Shown piece after piece: positions 50,088 through 62,850 of a stretch of 64,000 bases of DNA (positions are counted from its first letter, which is position 1; every line of letters starts with the position of its first letter). The translations under genes and the position numbers were made by a program. The notes beneath the pieces were generated by a model. It had not been told where the DNA came from. It made no database searches and worked only from the letters and a program-made list of their open reading frames with translations. The DNA is taken from contig NC_090362.1 in the NCBI RefSeq assembly GCF_035084215.1, positions 10,230,001-10,294,000 on the forward strand, given 5' to 3'. The stretch comes from Heptranchias perlo. Lineage: Eukaryota.

Positions 50088-51408
50088 CTCACAGCCCAGC
50101 AGATCCCTCACTCTACCATTACCAACAAGCCAGGGGATCAACCCTGGTTCAATGAGGAGTGTAGAAGAGCATGCCAGGAGCAGCACCAGGCATACCTAAA
50201 AATGAATGCCAATCTGGTGAAGCAACAACACAGGACTACATGCTTGCTAAACAATGGAAAGCAGCATGCTTTAGACAGAGCTGAGCTATCCCACAACCAA
50301 TGGATCAGATCAAAGCCCAGCAGTCCTGCCACATCCAGTCGTGAATGGCGGTGGACAATTGAACAACTAACGGGAGGAGGAGGCTCCGTGAACATCCCCA
50401 TCCTCAATGATGGCAGAGCTCAGCACGTGAGTACAAAAAACAAGGCTGATTCGTTTGCAACTATCTTCAGCCAAAAGTGCCGAATGGATGATCTATCTTG
50501 ACCTCCTCCCAAGATCCCCACCATCACAGAAGCCAGTCTTCAGCCAATTCGATTCACTCCACGCGATATCAAGGAACAGCTGAGTGCATTGGATACAGCA
50601 AAATCTATGGGCCCTGACAACATCCCGGCTGTCGTGCTGAAGACTTGTGCTCCAGAACTAGCCGCACCTCTAGCCAAGCTGTTCCAGTATAGCTACAACA
50701 CTGGCATCTACCCGACAAAGTGGAAAATTGTCCAGGTATGTCCTGTACACAAAAAGCAGGACAAATCCAATCCGGCCAATTACCGCCCCATCAGTCTACT
50801 CTCAAACATCAGCAAAGTGATGGAAGGTGTCGTTGACAGTGCTATCAAGTGGCACTGGGTATCCTGCGGCGAGTGTCTTACCTCCTGACTCCCCAAAGGC
50901 TTTCCACCATCTACAATGATGAATGCAGCTCCAATAACACTCAAGAAGCTCGACACCATCCAGGACAAAGCAGCCTGCTTGATTGGCACCCCATCCACCA
51001 CCTTAAACATTCACTCTCTCCACCACTGGTGCACTGTGGCTGCAGTGTGTACCATCCACAGGATGCACTGCAGCAACTCGCCAAGGCTTCTTCGACAGCA
51101 CTTCCCAAACCCAGGACCTCTACCACCTAGAAGGACAAGGGCAGCAGGCGCATGGGAACAACACCACCTGCACGTTCCCTCCAAGTCACATGTCATCCTG
51201 ACAAGGAAATATATCACCATTCCTTCATCGTCACTGGGTCAAAATCCTGGAACTCCCTACCTAACAGTGCTGTGGGAGAACCTTCACCACACAGACTACA
51301 GCGGTTCAAGAAGGCGGCTCACCACCACCTTTTCAAGGGCAATTAGGGATGGGCAATAAATGCTGGTCTTGCCAGCAATGCCCACATCCCATGAATGTAT
51401 AAAAAAAA
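50088..51408 (+). mobile_element. Family-B LINE nested in CR1, with A-rich tail and 8-bp target-site duplication
   Basis: ACCTCAAC at 50080-50087 and 51409-51416; motif GPDNIPAVVLK..NYRPISLLS; the RT core is internally deleted. Confidence 0.9.
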
Positions 51409-53940
51409 ACCTCAACAGGACCAGGACCAATATCAAAGCGGGGAGGTTTGCTAGTGCTGTTGGGGAGGGTTAAACTAGCTTGGCAGGGAGATGGGAAACT
51501 GAGCGCAGATTCAGAAGGGAGAGAAGCAAAGCTGGAAACGGAAGGCAGAAAATTAGCAAGCGAGTTTGGAAGGCAGAGGAAACAATGGCTAAAAAATAGA
51601 TAACAAAAGAGTTTGGCAGTGCTTATTGGTATAAACTTCAATGCAAGGAGTCTAGTGAATAAGGAAGATGAGCTGAGGGCACAGATAGACACGTGGAAGT
51701 ATGATATCATAGCTATTACTGAAATATGGCTTAAAGAGGGGCAGAAATGGCAGTTCAACATTCCTGGTTACTGGGTTTTCAGACGAGATAGAGAGGGGGA
51801 TAAAGGAGGAGAAGGCAGGTCGCAATATTGGTTAAAGAAACAATTACAGTTATGAGGAGGGATAATATGTTAGAAGGATCATCAACTGGGGCCATATGGG
51901 TGGAACTAAAGAACAAAAAAGGGGCAATCAAACTGCTGGGAGTGTACTATAGACCCCCAAACAGTCAGAGGGAGATAGAAGAGCAAATATGTTGGCAAAT
52001 TTCTGAGAAGTGCAAAAACAATAGGGCAGCAACAGTAGGGGATTTCAAATACCCTAATATTAACTGGGATAGAATCAGTGTAAAAGGTATAGAGGGTGCA
52101 GAATTCTTAAAACGCATTCAGGAGTACTTTTTTAGTCAGTACGTAGCAAGCCCAACAAGAGGGGGGCAGTTCTGGACTTAGTTTTAGAGAATGAAGCTGG
52201 GCAGGTGGAAGGGGTATCAGTGGGAGAGAATTTTGGTGATAGTGATCATATTTCAGTTAGATTTAGCATAGTTATGGAAAAGGACAAAGACAGACCCGGA
52301 GTAAAAGTTCTCAATTGGGGAAAGGCCAATTTTACTAAGCTGAGATGTGATTTAGCATAAGTGGACGGGAAACAGCTACTTGAAGGTAAATCAGTGTCAG
52401 AGCAGTGGGAGGCATTCAAGGAGGAGATAGTTAGGGTTCAGAACAAATATGTTCCCACAAAGAAAAAGGGTGGGACTCCCAAATCTAGAGCCCCCTGGAC
52501 GTCAAGGAGCATACAAAGTAGGAAAAGGCAAAAAAGGGAAGCTTATGTCAGATACCGAGAGCTCAATTCTGCAGAAAGCCTAGAGGAGTATAGAAAGTGC
52601 AGGGGTGAAATTAAAAAAAGAAATTAGGAAAGCAAAGAGAGGGCATGACAAAATGTCGGCAAGTAAAATCAAGGAAAACCCAAAGATGTTTTATAAATAC
52701 ATAAAGAGCAAGAGGATAACTAAGGAAAGAGTAAGGGCCTATTAGAGACCATAAAGATAACCTGTGCATGGAGGCGGAAGACGTGGGTATGGTTCTTAAT
52801 GAATACTTCGCATCTGTCATCACAAAAGAGGGGGACGATGCAGACATTGTAGTTAAGGAGAAGTGTGAATTATTGGATGGGACAAACATAGTGAGAGAGG
52901 AAATATTAGGGAGATTAGCACTTTTGAAAGTGATAAATCGCCAGGCCTGGATGAAATGTATCTCAAGATGTTAAGAGAAGCAAGGGAGGAAATAGCGGAG
53001 GCTCTGGCCATCATTTTCCAATCCTTTCTGGTTATAGGCGTGGTGCCGGAGGACTGCTAACGTTGTATCGTTGTTTAAAAAGGGAGAAAGGGATCGACCG
53101 AGTAATTACAGGCCAGTCAGCCTAACCTCGTTGGTGGGCAAATTATTGGAAATAAATCTGAGGGACAGTATTAATCGTCATTTAGAAAGGCACGGATTAA
53201 TCAAGGAGAGTCAGCATAGATTTGTTAAGGGGAGGTCGTGTCTGACTAACTTGATTGAATTTTTTGAGGAGGCAACAAGGAGGGTCGAAGAAGAGCAGCG
53301 CGTTTGATGTAGTCTACATGGAATTTAGTAAGGTTTTTGACAAGGTCCCACATGGCAGACTGATCAGAAAAGTAAAAGCTTATGGGGAAGCCAAGGGAAA
53401 GTGGCAAGTTGGATCCAAAATTGGCTCAGTGGCAGGAAACAAAGGGTAATGGTCGACAAGTGTTTTTATGACTGGAAGGCTGTTTCTAGTGGGGTTCCGC
53501 AAGGCTCAGTAATAGGTCCCTTGCTTTTTGTGGTCTATATCAATGCTTTAGACTTAAATGTAGGGGGCATAATTAAGAAGTTTGCAGATGATAGAAAAAT
53601 TGTCCATGTGGTTCATAGTGAGGAAGAAAGCTGCAGACTGCAGGAAGATATCAATCGACAGGTGAGGTGGTCAGAAAAGTGGCAAATGGAACTCAATCTG
53701 GAGAAGTGTGAGGTAATACATTTGAGAAGGGTAAACAAGGCAAGGGAATACACAATAAATGGTAGGATACTGAGATGTGTAGAAAAACAGAGGGACCCTG
53801 GAGTGCATGTCCACAGATCCCTGAAGGTAGCAGGACAGGTAGATAAGGTGGTTAAGAAGGCATACATGATTCTTGCCTTTATTAGCTGAGGCACAGAATA
53901 TAAGAGCAGGGAGGTTATGCTAGAATTGTATAAAACACTA

Positions 53941-54931
53941 CATAAGAACATAAGAACATAAGAAATAGGAGCAGGAGTAGGCCAATCGGCCCCTCGAGCC
54001 TGCTCCGCCATTCAATAAGATCATGGCTGATCTGATCCTAACCTCAAATCTAAATTCATGTCCAATTTCCTGCCCGCTCCCCGTAACCCCTAATTCCCTT
54101 TACTTCTAGGAAACTGTCTATTTCTGTTTTAAATTTATTTAATGATGTAGCTTCCACAGCTTCCTGGGGCAGCAAATTCCACAGACCTACTACCCTCTGA
54201 GTGAAGAAGTTTCTCCTCATCTCAGTTTTGAAAGAGCAGCCCCTTATTCTAAGATTATGCCCCCTAGTTCTAGTTTCACCCATCCTTGGGAACATCCTTA
54301 CCGCATCCACCCGATCAAGCCCCTTCACAATCTTATATGTTTCAATAAGATCGCCTCTCCTTCTTCTGAACTCCAATGAGTAGAGTCCCAATCTACTCAA
54401 CCTCTCCTCATATGTCCGCCCCCTCATCCCCGGGATTAACCGAGTGAACCTTCTTTGTACTGCCTCGAGAGCAAGTATGTCTTTTCTTAAGTATGGACAC
54501 CAAAACTGTATGCAGTATTCCAGGTGCGGTCTCACCAATACCTTATATAACTGCAGCAATACCTCCCTGTTTTTATATTCTATCCCCCGAGCAATAAAAG
54601 CCAACATTCCGTTGGCCTTCTTGATCACCTGCTGCACCTGCATACTAACTTTTTGATCTTCTTGCACTAGGACCCCCAGATCCCTTTGTACTGCAGTACT
54701 TTCCAGTTTCTCGCCTTTAAGATAATAACATGCTCTCTGATTTTTCCTGCCAAAGTGCATAACCTCACATTTTCCAATATTGTATCGCATCTGCCAAATC
54801 TCCGCCCACTCACCCAGCCTGTCTATATCACCCTGTAGGTTTTTTATGTTCTCCTCACTCTCCACTTTCCCTCCCATCTTTGTATCATCTGCAAACTTTG
54901 ATATGTTACACTTGGTCCGTTCCTCCAAATC
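53941..54931 (-). mobile_element. Young 5'-truncated CR1 with an uninterrupted ORF2 C-terminus
   Basis: About 290 codons stop-free (KFADDTK...GIRGYGERAGNWT) and a clean (TTCTTATG)n tail. Splits the host sequence AAAACACTA|GTTAGGCC. Confidence 0.95.
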
Positions 54932-56639
54932 GTTAGGCCACAGCTGGAATACTGCATACAGTTCTGGTGACCACATCACAGGAAAGATGTGATTGCACTA
55001 GAGAGGGTACAGAGGAGATTTACGAGGATGTTGCCAGGGCTGAAGAATTTTTTGCTATGAGGAAAGATTGGGTAGGCTGGGGTTCTTTTCTTTGGAACAG
55101 AGGAGGCTGAGAGGAGATTTAATTGAGCTGTATAAAATTATGAGGGGCCTAGATAGAGTGGATAGGAAGGGCCTATTTCCCTTAGCAGAGAGGTCAATAA
55201 CCAGGGGGCATAGATTTAAAGTAGAGTTAGAAGGATTAGAGGGGAGTTGAGGAGAAATTTTTTCACCCAGGGGGTGGTGGGGGTCTGGAACTCACTGCCT
55301 AAAAGGATGGTAGAGGCAGAAACCCTCATCACATTTAAAACGTATTGGATATGCAACTGAAGTGCCGTAACCTACAAGGCTATGGACCAAGAGCTTGAAA
55401 GTAGGATTAGGATGGATAGCTGTTTTTCGGCTGGCACAGACACGATGGACCGAATGGCCTCCTTCTGTGCCGTAAATTTCTATGATTCTATGACCTACTG
55501 AATATGCTTCAGAGCAGAACAGTATGTCAATCGAATTTCATTATTTTATACCTAACCAAAATAAAGTTCTTGACACAATTTAAATGTTGAAACTTACATT
55601 GAGAAATACAAATTACAGGCTGATCCTATCCCAGCCACAATGGTACAGACATGATCTGTGACAGCTTAAGAAGCTTTTTCAGCCAGTGTTGCATCAGGCT
55701 TCAATCTTAGTGTCATTCTAGGAATCTAATACGACAGCTTAGCCGGTGAGGAGGGTGAACAGGATAATCATGGCACCTCAAATGCTCTGGCATCATATTT
55801 GTTTAGTTACTATGGGAAATAAAAATATGGCAGAGATAAGAGCAGCAGAAGGTGATCTTACCACCACATAAATGGAATTTTCTAAACTTAGAACAAAAAA
55901 TGGACTGATAAGTTATCAGATTCCAGATTGTGTTGGGGCAGGAATGCTGACAGAGGGCACAAAGGCTTCTTTTCAAATCTGTAATTATGAAAGCAAACAT
56001 AAAATTTATAAAATAAATGCATCCCTTTGCCGCCAACCAATCTATGCCACAAAAGCAAACAAAGGACATGTAACCTTACAGACTCTAAAATAGAGGCTGC
56101 ATTGGTATAAATTTTACCCCGTCCCACCATAACACTTCACGTCACATCCCAGGTTTACATGCCCTCAATGTGCAATGCTTCCTCTGGGGTCCGTGGTAAA
56201 TAACGATTCCACATACATTTTTAGACAAACACTAATTTCAAGAAAAGTATAATTTTGTGATAAAGAGCAACTTCCATTACTTTCTATACCAGATAGAATT
56301 GGTGAACATCAGGGTGACACAAAACCAATGGCCGGGTTTCTCACAAACTACATGAACACGTTTGAAGTTAAATTGTGGCAAAGGCAGAAAAAAAAGTAAC
56401 TTTGTGGCCTCTTGCCTCATTCAAATTGTGTTTACAGAGAGGGACAAATAGACAGATAACATGAGGTGTTGAGTCAGAGAGAAGCAGAGAGATAGAGAGA
56501 GAGACAGACAGATATTAACCAACCAACAAAAAAACAGAACAGACAGACAGACAGAATGTAACAGTGAGATTGAGAGGCTAGTCTCTGTATCAAGACAGTG
56601 AAAATAACTGGAGTTGTTGTCTATCTTTCAGGAAACGTT

Positions 56640-59600
56640 GGAATTTACTCTTAGAAGCTATAAGAATGTTGCAGATATAGTATTATGTTTAGAGGGCAGT
56701 TCTATTGGATGGTTTGATATTACAGGTTTGTAATATGCTACTCAGGCAAACAACTGGGACCAGTTCTGGGGCAGGAGGGATCTGTACAAGATGGATGGGT
56801 TGCACTCTAACAGGGCTGGGACCAATGTCCTCACGGGAAGGTTAACTAGTGCTATGCAGAGGGGTTTAAACTAATTTGGCTGAGGGAGGGGAACCAGGAT
56901 GATGCATCAGAGAGGAGAAACAAAGTGCATAGAGGACTGGGACAACAAACAGCATTAGAATAAAGAGTAGTCCAGAAAGAGGAAGGATCAGACAGGGGAG
57001 CAAAGCAAAGCAGACCAAGGCGGGTTTGGAGTGCATATACGTAAATACACGGAGCGCGATAAATAAGGTTGGTGAGCTGCAGGCACAAGTAGCCACATGG
57101 GATTATGATATAGTAGCAATAATGGAGACAAAGGCAGGACTAAGAACTTAAAATTCCTGGCTGCAATTATGAAGGAATAGGGAAGGAAGAAAAAAAGATG
57201 TGGGTGGTGACAGTATTTATCAAAGATACTGTTACAATCCTGGTAAGGAATGATATGCTTGAGGATTCAAAGACAGAATCTATTTGGTTAGAAATTAAGG
57301 AACAATAAAGGAGCTATCACCGAATATTAGGAAGGAGATGCAGGAGCAAATCTGCAAGCAGATTTCAGAAAAATGTAAAAACAATAGAGTCGTGATGGTG
57401 GGAGACTTCAATTATCCCAATATAAAGGGCAAGGAAGAGGAGGAATTCCTGACATGTGTACAGAAGAATTTTCTTGATCAGTATATTTCCAGCCAACAAG
57501 AACGGAAGCAGTGCTGGATCATGTTCTGAGGAATCAAGTGGAGCATGTTTCAGTGCGAGAGCATTTGGGGAAACAGTGATCACAATATTAGGTTTAGTTT
57601 ACTTATGGAAAAGTACAAGGAAAAAAATCACATGTGAAAATACTCAACTGGAGGAGGCCTAATTTCAGTGAATTGAAAAGGGATCTGACCCAGGTGGATT
57701 GGATTCAAAGACTTGCAGGTAAAACAGTAAATGAGCAATGGAAGGCCTTCAAAGAGAAGATAGTTCAGGTACAGACTACACACATTCCTATGAGGGGGAA
57801 AGGAAGGGCATCCAAAGCTAGAGCTCCCTGGGTAACTAAAGATATAGAGGTTAAAATGAAACAGAAAAAGGAGGCTTATGATAAATGTCAGATTCATAAT
57901 ACAGTAGAGAATCAAGCAGAATACAGAAAGTGCAGATGAGAACTGAAAAAAGGAAATAAGAGGGGCAAAGAGAGTATATGAGAAAAGATTAGCGAGTAAC
58001 ATAAACGGGAACACAAGTCTTTTATAAACATATAAATAGTAAAAGGGTAGTCAAAGGGTGGGGCCAATTAGGGAAAAAAAGGAGATCTTCTTGCGGTGGC
58101 AAAGGAACTAAATGAGTCCTTTGCATCTGTCTTCACTAAAGAAGAGGATGCTACCAATGTTACAGTAAAGGAAGAGATAGTAGAGAAATTGGACAGGATA
58201 AAAATAGATAAAGGAGGTATTTAAAAGGTTGGCAGCGCTCAAAGTAGAAAAGCCACCCTAGGTTGCTGAGGGAAGTAAGGGTGGAAATAACAGAGGCTGT
58301 AGTCACAATCTTTCAATTTTCCTTGGATATGGGAGTGCTGCCTGAGGACTGGAGAATTGTAAATGTTACATCCCTGCTCAAAAAAGGGGAGAGGGATAAA
58401 CCTATAGGCCAGTCAGCCTAACAGTGGTAGTGGGGAAACTTTGAGATATAATAATCCGGGACAAAATTAATCATCACTTGGAAAAAAATGGGTTGCTAAA
58501 TGACTGCCAGCATGGATTTGTTAAAGGCAAATCGCATCTGACAAACAGGAATGAGTTCTTTGATGTCGTAACGGAGAGGGTTGATGAGGGTAGTGCAGTT
58601 GATGTTGTGTATCTGGACTTTCAAAAGATGTTTGATAAAGTACTACATAATAGACTTGTTAGCAAAACTGAAGCCTATGGGATTAAAGGGGCAGTTGCAG
58701 CGTGGAAACAAATTTCGCTAAGGGACAGAAAGCAGAGAGTAGTGATGAACGGTTGTTGTTTTTCAGACTGGAGGGAAGGATACAGTAGTATCCCCAGAGA
58801 AGTATTTTTAATATATATTAATGACCTGGACGGTTATACAGGGCATAATTTCAAAGTCTGCAGATTACATGAAACTCAGATGTAGTAAACAGTGAGTCGG
58901 ATAGAAGCAGACTTCAGGAGGATATAGGCAGACTGGTGAAATGGGCAGACACATGGTAGATGAAATTTAATGCAGAGAAGTGTGAAGTGATACATTTTGG
59001 AAGGAAGAATGAGGAGAGGCAAATATAAACTAATTGATACAATTTTAGTGGGGGTACAGGAACAGAGGTGTCTTAGGGTTTACGTGCACAAATCTTTGAC
59101 GGTGGCAGGACAGGTTGAGAGGGCTGTTAAAAAAAGCATATGCAATCCTTGGCTTTATAAACAGAGGCATACAGTACAAACGCAAGGAAGTTATGTTAAA
59201 CCTTTATAAATCATTGGTTAGGCCTGAGCTGAAGTATTGAGTCCAATTCTGGGCACCACACTTTAGGAAGGATGTCAAGGCCTTGGCGAGGGTGCAGAGG
59301 AAATTTACTAGAATGGTGCCAGGGAGGAGGGATTTGAATTATGTGGGAAGATTAGATAAACTGGGATTATTCTCTTTAGAGCAGAGAAGGCTAAGGGGAG
59401 GTTTAATAGAGTTCTTCAAAATTTTGAGGGGTTTTAATAGAGTACATGGGGAGAAATTGTTTCCACTGGCAGGAGGGTCGGTAACCAGAGGACGCAGATT
59501 TAAGGTAATTGGTACCAGAATCAGAGGGGGGGATGAGGAGAAATATTTTTGTTATGCGAGTTGTTATGATCTGGAATGCACTACCTGAAAGGATGATGGA

Positions 59601-59770
59601 AGCAGTTTCAATAATAACTTTTAAAAGGGAATATGGTAAATAATTGAAAAGGAAAAATTTGCAAGGCTACGTGGAAAGAGCAAGAGGGTGGGACTAACTG
59701 GATAGATCTTTCAAAGAGTTGGCACAGGCTCAATGGGCCCAATGGCCTCCTCCTGTGCTGTATGATTCTA
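56640..59770 (+). mobile_element. CR1 (end of ORF1 through 3' end), frameshifted
   Basis: Motifs VMVGDFNYP, QHGFVKGKS..VDVVYLDFQK.FDKV and RRLRGGLIEFFK. Confidence 0.92.
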
Positions 59771-59966
59771 AATCCAATAAGAATTAAGATACTATTGCAT
59801 TAAAGCAGAATTGTGTGATACTTAGCATGTACTTCTGATGCAGGACAGGGCATGATTATTTGATAAGTATCCAAACACAAACTGTATAGGTATGTGTGGT
59901 ATCTAGCAAAGTAACAAAAGCAAAATTCAATCCATTAAATAAAATTCCAGAGAGAGACATGCTTAC

Positions 59967-60152
59967 CTCCACACCATTTATTTTTTGGAGACAGAAATGG
60001 TTGAGCCTGAAGAGGACATAGTATTTCCAGAGAGTGAAGTTCACCACTGGGTTCCCCTGAGGACTAACAGTTAGTTGGTCTAACCGGCGGCCCAGTGCCA
60101 GAGCATTAAACTGCTGCAATTTGTGAAGATTCGTATCTTGGAACTTGAAGTG
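59967..60152 (-). CDS. Internal coding exon A of an unidentified multi-exon gene (HFKFQDTNLHKLQQFNALALGRRLDQLTVSPQGNPVVNFTLWKYYVLFRLNHFCLQKINGVE)
   Basis: Acceptor ttgttttgacag| and donor |gtaagc. 186 nt, phase 0-0, and the only open frame of the three. Lies in non-repeat sequence. Upstream exons were not found in the window. Confidence 0.8.
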
Positions 60153-60523
60153 CTGTCAAAACAATTTCAAAATAATTATAAAACAAGTATGCTGGATTCA
60201 AATCTAGGCACAAGATCACTAAACCCAGCTTTTTCATCGAGGTAATTGAAGTTACAAAGAAAATGCATTAACATTGAAGGATCAGTATTAAACAAAACAT
60301 TTACTGCCAGCAAAATTTGTAATAAAAAGTGAGTGATGTACTTAAAAAGTTAGCATAGGAAAAAACTCAAAAACTAATAAGCAGCCAGTGACAACTTTTC
60401 AAAGGAAAGTGTTACTTCAAACTGTGATTGATTGACATGTACTGTGTGTCAGATCATGGTAAGTGTCATAGAGCATCAGGAGGTGAGACTGAACTCGTCA
60501 TCTCCCAAAGCTGACTTGTAGTG

Positions 60524-60763
60524 AAATTAAGAACAAAAGTGGTGGAAACGCTCAGCAGGTCAGTCAGCGTCTGTAGAGGAAGGAAAAAGGTTAACGTTTC
60601 AGGTCAAATGACACATCATTACAACTAATTCTGAGCAAGGGTCACAAGACCTGAAACATTAACCTTTTTCCGTTCTCCAGAGACGCACAGCAGATCAGGC
60701 AGCGTTTATAGCATTTTTGATTTTTAATTCAGTATTTCAACATCTGCAGTATTTTGCTTTGTA
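60524..60763. mobile_element. Palindromic non-autonomous element built from two inverted Penelope-type terminal repeats, with a 10-bp target-site duplication
   Basis: Arms pair (60582-60605 vs 60648-60671 match at 23/24). ACTTGTAGTG flanks both sides (60514-60523, 60764-60773). Hammerhead-like core CTGAGCA-AGGGTC-ACAA-GACCT-GAAAC. Confidence 0.75.
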
Positions 60764-61404
60764 ACTTGTAGTGTGTGAGGCTCAGAGAGACAAGTGCTTG
60801 CCTACAGAGAGGTGTCAAAATGGAGAAATTACACAGCTATTCTCCTGTCAAGGGGTCCTGGCCTGAGCTCTTCTCAATGAGGCCACCTCAGTGCCACTAT
60901 GATCTACTCTCATTTAGACCATCTCCTACAACCACTCTTTGGGGACCACCTCTTCGCACTGCTTTGAGGAGCTGCCCTGACAGACCCCTGGAGACACCTC
61001 ATTGAGATGGCAGCTTGAGCCACTATCAGGGGGAGCAGCTTTTAACATTGTTCCAAGCTACTCTCCCAGACACTAGCCAATTGCAGTTCGCTTGACAGCA
61101 CCACTGAAAAGACACCTGGGAGAAATAGTTAACCAAAAGTTACTTTAAAACCCACTGTAATCCCACAGGATTATATAACAAACTGTAGAATGTGAGGCCA
61201 AGCTCTAACACGCTTTAGGGCTTGGAAGACAAAATAAACCATCAAAAGTGAGTATATAAAATTACTGAGCACATTCCCAGGTTTGGTTACTACACTATGC
61301 ACAGGTTAGCTGTTGAAGTGTATCTTCTGTCATCACTATTAACTTTTCCTACTGATACAATTGTGCCATTAAGGAGCCAGTGGCACTTTTCCCAACACCA
61401 CTAA

Positions 61405-61590
61405 AAAACAGATGATCTGGTCATTATCACATTGCTGTTTGTGGGACCTTGCTGTGTGCAAATTAGCTGCCGCTTTTCCTACATTACCACAGTGACTACA
61501 CTTCGAAAAAAGTTCTTAATTGGCTGTAAAGCGCTTTGGGATGTCCTGAGGTCATGAAAGGCGCTATATAAATGCAAATCTCTCTTATCT
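61405..61590 (+). mobile_element. Deu-SINE 3' half
   Basis: AACAGATGATCTGGTCATTATCACATTGCTGTTTGTGGGA...GGCGCTATATAAATGCAA. Confidence 0.82.
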
Positions 61591-62649
61591 TTCTTTATAA
61601 GGAAGTGATTTGTCTTGTGTTTTGCTAGTGTGTGATTTAAGAAGCTGCAGGGTTTACTCCCAGTACATGGTTCCTAAACGAGATGTAACAATGGAGAAGC
61701 TGAATGGCCTCAGAAATGTTTTTTTTAAAAATTAGTTTTTTTGACAACTTAAGCCATATGAGTTGATTCGACATGAGTGAAGCGCTGAATAAGCAAAAAG
61801 CTGTATTTATTATACTGAGGTTAAAATATTTCAGCAGCTACAAAAGAAGATTCCGTTAAAGTTTCACTGTCACATCTCTCAGCTTCCAATCACCATCATT
61901 ATGGGCCCCATGTTTCACTGTCTCTCTACTAGGAAGTACTTTGTGTCAGTAAAGTACGTAATACTGACTGGGATCACGTTGGGGTGAAGGGGAAATGGTT
62001 CCCTTCCTAATGGTTTGTTCTGCAACATTCTAGTACACTTCACCCCTCCTCTCTGTAATGTTGCCACTGTGCTGTTTAGTAAATATCATTTCTGAATTCT
62101 TCAGCTTACTTCCACAGCCAGCCGCCTGGAATCTGGCTCAGTCCAGAATCTCTGATTTATACTTTAACCAGAAATGAGAAAAATATATGACCACCTGTGT
62201 GTACATTCAAATTGGAACTTACCATCAAAATCCAACTACTGGACATTTCAAATTCAAAACATGGGTTCTCCATTGCCAGGATCAAAGATTAGATGATATG
62301 GGTTCGCATCCTACTTTGCCACAAAACCTGCCACTCTCACTCATTAATTCTTCCCTTATACAAAGCTGGAAAATGGGTAAGGAGCTATAAATTGCATGGC
62401 CATGCTCTTATCAGTCAGGTTACACACACAGCATGTATCAGGTGCTCTGGCCTCCTCCAAAATCTGGAGCAGCATTGGGGCATGTACAATGCAATGCACA
62501 CAAATAATAAATAATAGTCAATAATACATCCATATAAGGGAACACTGCTTACTGGACCAAGGGCTGGGACTTATGGTGGGAGGTAGTTATAGGGTGGGAT
62601 TTGACATGGGTCATGATGGACACTGAATTCTCGGGTAGCGTGTCAGCCT

Positions 62650-62850
62650 CTGCTGAGAGTGGCCACAGCGTTGACTGACACTACTGCTGAGAGTGACCAC
62701 AGTATTGAGTGACCACAGCACTGAGTAACATTACTGCTGAGAGAGACCACAGCACTGAGTGACCACAGCACTGAGTGACACAACTGCTGAGAGTGACCAC
62801 AGCACTAAGTGACACCACTACTGAAAGTGACCACAACATGGAGTGACACA
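62650..62850. repeat. Compound minisatellite of 16- and 18-bp units (GAGTGACCACAGCACT / GAGTGACACTACTGCTGA)
   Basis: Units read directly. Confidence 0.9.

Larger units (their letters stand above)
49800..55495 (+). mobile_element. Long CR1 (end of ORF1, APE endonuclease, RT, 3' end) carrying two nested insertions
   Basis: Motifs KVVISGILP, NARSLVNK..YDIIAITEIWL, GVYYRPP..VGDF, NYRPVSLTS, SGVPQGSVIGPLLF and KFADD; many frameshifts. Confidence 0.93.

Noticed and set aside
54056-54979. 307-aa ORF as a host gene
   Set aside because: It is the C-terminus of CR1 ORF2; its first residues come from the antisense strand of the older host CR1.
55862-55978. Exon-like segment (ataattacag|...|gtaaga) on the minus strand
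   Set aside because: The only open frame is phase 1-1, which is incompatible with flanking exons A and B.
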